A stretch of 64,000 nucleotides of DNA from an uncultured Nitrospiraceae bacterium (lineage in GTDB: Bacteria; Nitrospirota; Thermodesulfovibrionia; Thermodesulfovibrionales; SM23-35). The notes beneath the pieces are model-generated. The model was not told where the DNA came from. It saw only the letters and a program-made list of their open reading frames with translations, and ran no database searches. Positions 60,468 to 64,000 of this stretch are shown one piece after another. Each line of letters starts with the position of its first letter. Within the stretch, counting starts at the first letter, position 1. Made by a program: the position numbers and the translations under genes. Location of the stretch: the NCBI GenBank assembly GCA_963727775.1, contig CAVSHB010000002.1, positions 128,001 to 192,000 on the forward strand, in the 5' to 3' direction.

Positions 60468-61534
60468 CATTTATATCGGCGCTAATCCTCTTCGGCGTAA
60501 TCATATTCGTACATGAACTCGGGCATTTTCTTTTTGCAAAGATTATGGGCGTAAGGGTCCTGAAATTTTCACTCGGTTTCGGACCGAAGCTCATCGGCAA
60601 AAAATACGGGGATACCGAATACCTGATATCAGCTATACCATTGGGCGGATATGTAAAGATGCTCGGAGAAACATCGGAAGAACAACTCGGAGATGAGGAG
60701 AAACAGTTTGCGTATAATTATCAGAAGGTATGGAAAAGGTTTGTCATAGTTGTGTCCGGACCGCTCTTTAACATAATTTTTGCCGTGGCCATCTTTTTCT
60801 TCAGTTTTTTAAACGGCCTTCCTGTTATGACCCCGGAAATCGGCAGCACAATGCCGGACACGCCTGCGGCAAAAGCAGGGCTTGTGAAGGGGGATAGGAT
60901 TATGGAGATTGATGGGGTTACCATAAACCAGTGGGAAGAGATGACGGAAGTTATCCATAAGAACCCGGGAAAGCTGCTGAGGATGACAATACAAAAGGAC
61001 GGCAAGACCTTCCAGGTCTCACTGACACCGGAGAAGAAACTGGTAAAGGATATTTTCGGCGAGGGAAAAGATGTCGGATTGATAGGCATAAAGCCTTCAG
61101 GAAACACGATCATTAAAAAAGAAAATATCGTCAATGCCTTTGCCGACAGCATTGACAGAACCTGGGAGATGTCGGTGCTGACTTTGGTGTCAATTGTAAA
61201 ACTTATTCAAAGGGTCATTCCCATGGAAACCATCGGCGGTCCCATCCTCATCGTCCAGATGGCAGGTGAACAGGCGTCCAGAGGTTTTTTGAATTTTTTC
61301 ATTTTTATGGCGATCATAAACATTAACCTTGGGGTGCTGAATCTGCTTCCTATCCCCATCCTCGACGGAGGGCATGTATTGTTCCTGGGTATTGAGGCGA
61401 TAAGAAAAAAACCGCTCAGTGAGAAAGTCGTTTCCATCAGCCAGAAGATCGGCCTTGCGATCTTGCTTAGCCTTATGGTAGTTGTTTTTTATAACGATAT
61501 CCTGAGGTTGATTACGGGAAAACAATTCCCATAA
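60464..61534 (+). CDS. rseP: Intramembrane metalloprotease RseP
   Basis: HELGH, PLGGYV, PDZ domain, NLLPIPILDGGH; ATGA overlap with dxr. Confidence 0.95.
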   Translation: MTFISALILFGVIIFVHELGHFLFAKIMGVRVLKFSLGFGPKLIGKKYGDTEYLISAIPLGGYVKMLGETSEEQLGDEEKQFAYNYQKVWKRFVIVVSGPLFNIIFAVAIFFFSFLNGLPVMTPEIGSTMPDTPAAKAGLVKGDRIMEIDGVTINQWEEMTEVIHKNPGKLLRMTIQKDGKTFQVSLTPEKKLVKDIFGEGKDVGLIGIKPSGNTIIKKENIVNAFADSIDRTWEMSVLTLVSIVKLIQRVIPMETIGGPILIVQMAGEQASRGFLNFFIFMAIININLGVLNLLPIPILDGGHVLFLGIEAIRKKPLSEKVVSISQKIGLAILLSLMVVVFYNDILRLITGKQFP

Positions 61535-61980
61535 TGAAACCGGCCTCACTAAAGACACAAATCTCTTCAGGGGGGGTCATCTTCAGGAAGAATGAAGGCA
61601 TCATAGAAATAGCCATGGTGACGGTAAAGGGAGGCAGTGTGTGGTGCCTGCCGAAAGGGCTTATTAATAAAGGTGAAAATCCTGAAAAAACCGCACTGAG
61701 AGAGGTGGCGGAAGAGACAGGGCTTCAGGGCAGGATTATCGAAAAACTCGGTGAAATAACCTATTGGTATTACATAAAGGATGAGAATACAAAGTTCAAG
61801 AAGACCGTGCATCTTTTCCTGATGGAATACGTGAGCGGAGATGTCGCGGATCATGACCGGGAAGTTGATAATGCATTCTGGGTTCCGCTTGGTATTGCGC
61901 CGGATAAGGCCAGTTATAGGGGAGAACGCGAGATGATAGAAAAATCAAAAAAAAGGTTGACGAATGGGAAAGATAGTTAG
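61534..61980 (+). CDS. NUDIX hydrolase
   Basis: LPKG...GE.....ALREVAEETG Nudix box. Confidence 0.92.
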   Translation: MKPASLKTQISSGGVIFRKNEGIIEIAMVTVKGGSVWCLPKGLINKGENPEKTALREVAEETGLQGRIIEKLGEITYWYYIKDENTKFKKTVHLFLMEYVSGDVADHDREVDNAFWVPLGIAPDKASYRGEREMIEKSKKRLTNGKDS

Positions 61981-62437
61981 CCGGTACGAGTTGAAACAGG
62001 TTGTTGACGGACTGCGGTCCCGTGGGCAAAGAATTGTTTTCACTAACGGCTGCTTTGACATTATACATATCGGACATCTGCGGTATCTCGCAAAGGCAAA
62101 GACGTTGGGAGACATGCTCGTTATAGGATTAAATTCAGATAGGTCTGTTGCCGTTATAAAGCCTGACAGGCCTATTAACCCTGAAGACCAAAGGGCCGAG
62201 GTACTGTCTTCCCTGAATATGGTTGACTTTGTGACGCTGTTTGACGAAGAGACTCCCTATGAGTTGATTAAGGCTTTGCAGCCTGATGTGCTCGTCAAGG
62301 GCGGTGACTGGAAGAAAGAAGATATCATCGGCTCGGATATCGCCAAAGAAACCTATAGCCTTCCGTATCTTAAAGGTTTTTCAACCACAGGGCTGATTGA
62401 AAAGATAAAGAAACGGTTTTGTCGTGAAGACCTGTAG
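61964..62437 (+). CDS. rfaE2: D-glycero-beta-D-manno-heptose 1-phosphate adenylyltransferase (stand-alone)
   Basis: FTNGCFDIIHIGH, GLNSD, VKGGD, STT. Confidence 0.92.
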   Translation: MGKIVSRYELKQVVDGLRSRGQRIVFTNGCFDIIHIGHLRYLAKAKTLGDMLVIGLNSDRSVAVIKPDRPINPEDQRAEVLSSLNMVDFVTLFDEETPYELIKALQPDVLVKGGDWKKEDIIGSDIAKETYSLPYLKGFSTTGLIEKIKKRFCREDL

Positions 62438-62529
62438 TATAATGTTCTTATGAAACAGCAAGGTGGAATTTCGAAGATTTATTTTATGTTCAACCCTCCC
62501 CTGAGGGAGATTATTATTAGCGCAGCCTT

Positions 62530-63423
62530 TTATTCTGCGCAGCGGAAGCCTGTATGCAAATATCTCGCTTCCGGTTCCAGCCAGTAGCGGTCGGTACTTC
62601 TTATTACCTTTTCCCCGAAACTGTCAAACCACGATCCGCCGCGAAGGACCTTGAAATCTCCTTCTTTAGGAACAATATCAGGGCAGATGGTACACTTGTC
62701 CAGTTCCCGGCATGGGAGACATGGCCGTCCCTTTTCACACGTGCTGCAGTAATTCCGTCTCAGCCAGTCGTCGACCCACTCCCAGACATTCCCCGCCATA
62801 TTGAAGGCTTTATAGCGAGACGCTCCGTCAGGGAGCGCATCTACAGGTACCATCACGTCGAGTCCTTTCTCATCCCACTTCTGATTGTATCGTGCTTTTG
62901 AACTGCTCGGCATGCTGTTGCCCCATGGATAGATCCTCCTGCTGTTGCCCCTTGCGGCTTTCTCCCACTCCGCCTCCGTGGGAAGTCGTTTGCCCTTCCA
63001 CTTGCAGTATTCATAGGCGCCGAACCACGAGACATTATTCGCAGGGAAATTTTCATATCCTTTCCTGGGCATATACCGTTCCGGATTTTTTCTTGTCTCT
63101 TCTTCTTTGCCCTGGACCCAGGATACGCCTATGATTGTAGAATACTTATCATGGGAAAAATATTTATCGTCAGGATTCCCTTTCGCGTTCAGAAACTCCG
63201 CAAAGTCTTTTGCGGAGGTCTCATATTTGTCGATCAAAAAAGTAGCCACATAGACAGCGTGCTCAGGCCGCTCATCCGGCTCTCCCTCATCCATCCCCAT
63301 CCTGAAGTCGCCTCCGGGCACGGCAACTATGTCTTTCTCCTGAGGGAGATTCTTGACAGAATACGCACAGGCTGCCAATGACTGTAGAAAAATAATAAAG
63401 GCGATAAAAATCAATTTTCTCAT
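62530..63423 (-). CDS. FGE/SUMF1-fold lipoprotein with Cys-rich insert
   Basis: Lipobox LAAC, FRMG, RLPTEAEWEKAARG, MAGNVWEW, RGGSW, GFRC. Confidence 0.88.
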   Translation of the reverse strand: MRKLIFIAFIIFLQSLAACAYSVKNLPQEKDIVAVPGGDFRMGMDEGEPDERPEHAVYVATFLIDKYETSAKDFAEFLNAKGNPDDKYFSHDKYSTIIGVSWVQGKEEETRKNPERYMPRKGYENFPANNVSWFGAYEYCKWKGKRLPTEAEWEKAARGNSRRIYPWGNSMPSSSKARYNQKWDEKGLDVMVPVDALPDGASRYKAFNMAGNVWEWVDDWLRRNYCSTCEKGRPCLPCRELDKCTICPDIVPKEGDFKVLRGGSWFDSFGEKVIRSTDRYWLEPEARYLHTGFRCAE

Positions 63424-63529
63424 AAGTGCAATTCTAAAAATTAAAATATAAATAAGTCAATATGTGGGCCGATAAATCCGGACCAGCAGCTACGCAAGGC
63501 GAACCATCCAACCCATGGGGACGGTTCGA

Positions 63530-64000
63530 TTATAAGTTTTCCCTGACTCTTATTGTATTGCCGTGAGCTTCGAGACCTTCTGCGTCGGCGATTGTTTTCA
63601 CTGTCTCGGCAAGTTCTAGAAATCCGGCTTTTGTGAAGCTGAGTATACTTGAGCGTTTTACGAAATCGTATGTACCGAGAGGAGAGGAGAACCTTGCAGT
63701 TCCTCCGGTCGGAAGGGTATGGTTAGGTCCCGCTGAATAATCCCCTAAGGCCTCCGGGGTCCACTCTCCAAGGAATACGGCGCCGGCGTTTTTAATCATA
63801 GGCAATATTTTCTTGGGGGTTGCAGTCATAATCTCAAGATGCTCCGGTGAAATCCGGTTCGCTATTTCCGCAGCCCCGTGCATGTCTTTTGTGATGATGA
63901 CAGCCCCATAATTTTCAAGAGACTTCCCTGCGATATCCTTTCTCTTAAGAAGATCAAGCTGTCTCCCGACTTCTTTGCCGACAGCCTTCGCCAGCTTCCG
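63530..64000 (-). CDS. hisD: Histidinol dehydrogenase (3' part; 5' end beyond the window)
   Basis: PEHLE, NAGAVFLG, GDYSAGPNHTLPT, EGLEAH. Confidence 0.95.
   Translation of the reverse strand, partial: RKLAKAVGKEVGRQLDLLKRKDIAGKSLENYGAVIITKDMHGAAEIANRISPEHLEIMTATPKKILPMIKNAGAVFLGEWTPEALGDYSAGPNHTLPTGGTARFSSPLGTYDFVKRSSILSFTKAGFLELAETVKTIADAEGLEAHGNTIRVRENL

Noticed and set aside
62438..62590. Possible leaderless small ORF after rfaE2 (TATAAT-N6-ATG at 62450)
   Set aside because: About 45 codons with no motif, running antisense into the FGE gene; it cannot be distinguished from chance or a remnant.

Overview
This is a mostly core-genome window from a sulfur-metabolising anaerobe. Gene content and style suggest Nitrospirota (Thermodesulfovibrionia-like), which is an inference. 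Left to right it contains: the 5' end of a probable tyrosine integrase just downstream of tRNA-Met(CAT), marking an island that continues off the left edge; the mreBCD-mrdA-rodA shape cluster interrupted by a cysteine synthase; a compact sulfate-activation cluster (adk-sat-aprBA-qmoABC-hppA); and a 12-gene alternative chemosensory cluster resembling the Geobacter Che5 type. The single chemoreceptor of that cluster has no periplasmic sensor, a very long (~64-heptad) signalling hairpin and a C-terminal PhnD-like binding domain. Further right are an RRM-rpsU pair, hisH/folK/dapL, a sigma54 two-component system with a clear -24/-12 promoter before a small secreted protein, a Phd-RelE toxin-antitoxin pair, livHMGF, recN, lepB, rib genes, nusB, uppS-cdsA-dxr-rseP, an FGE-fold lipoprotein with a triple CxxC insert, and the 3' end of hisD. 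The best leads are the PhnD-fused chemoreceptor system, a shared second Shine-Dalgarno-like motif in the aprB and hppA leaders, widespread apparently leaderless genes, and degenerate heptamer repeats that enter coding sequence. All calls come from manual motif reading; no database searches were run.
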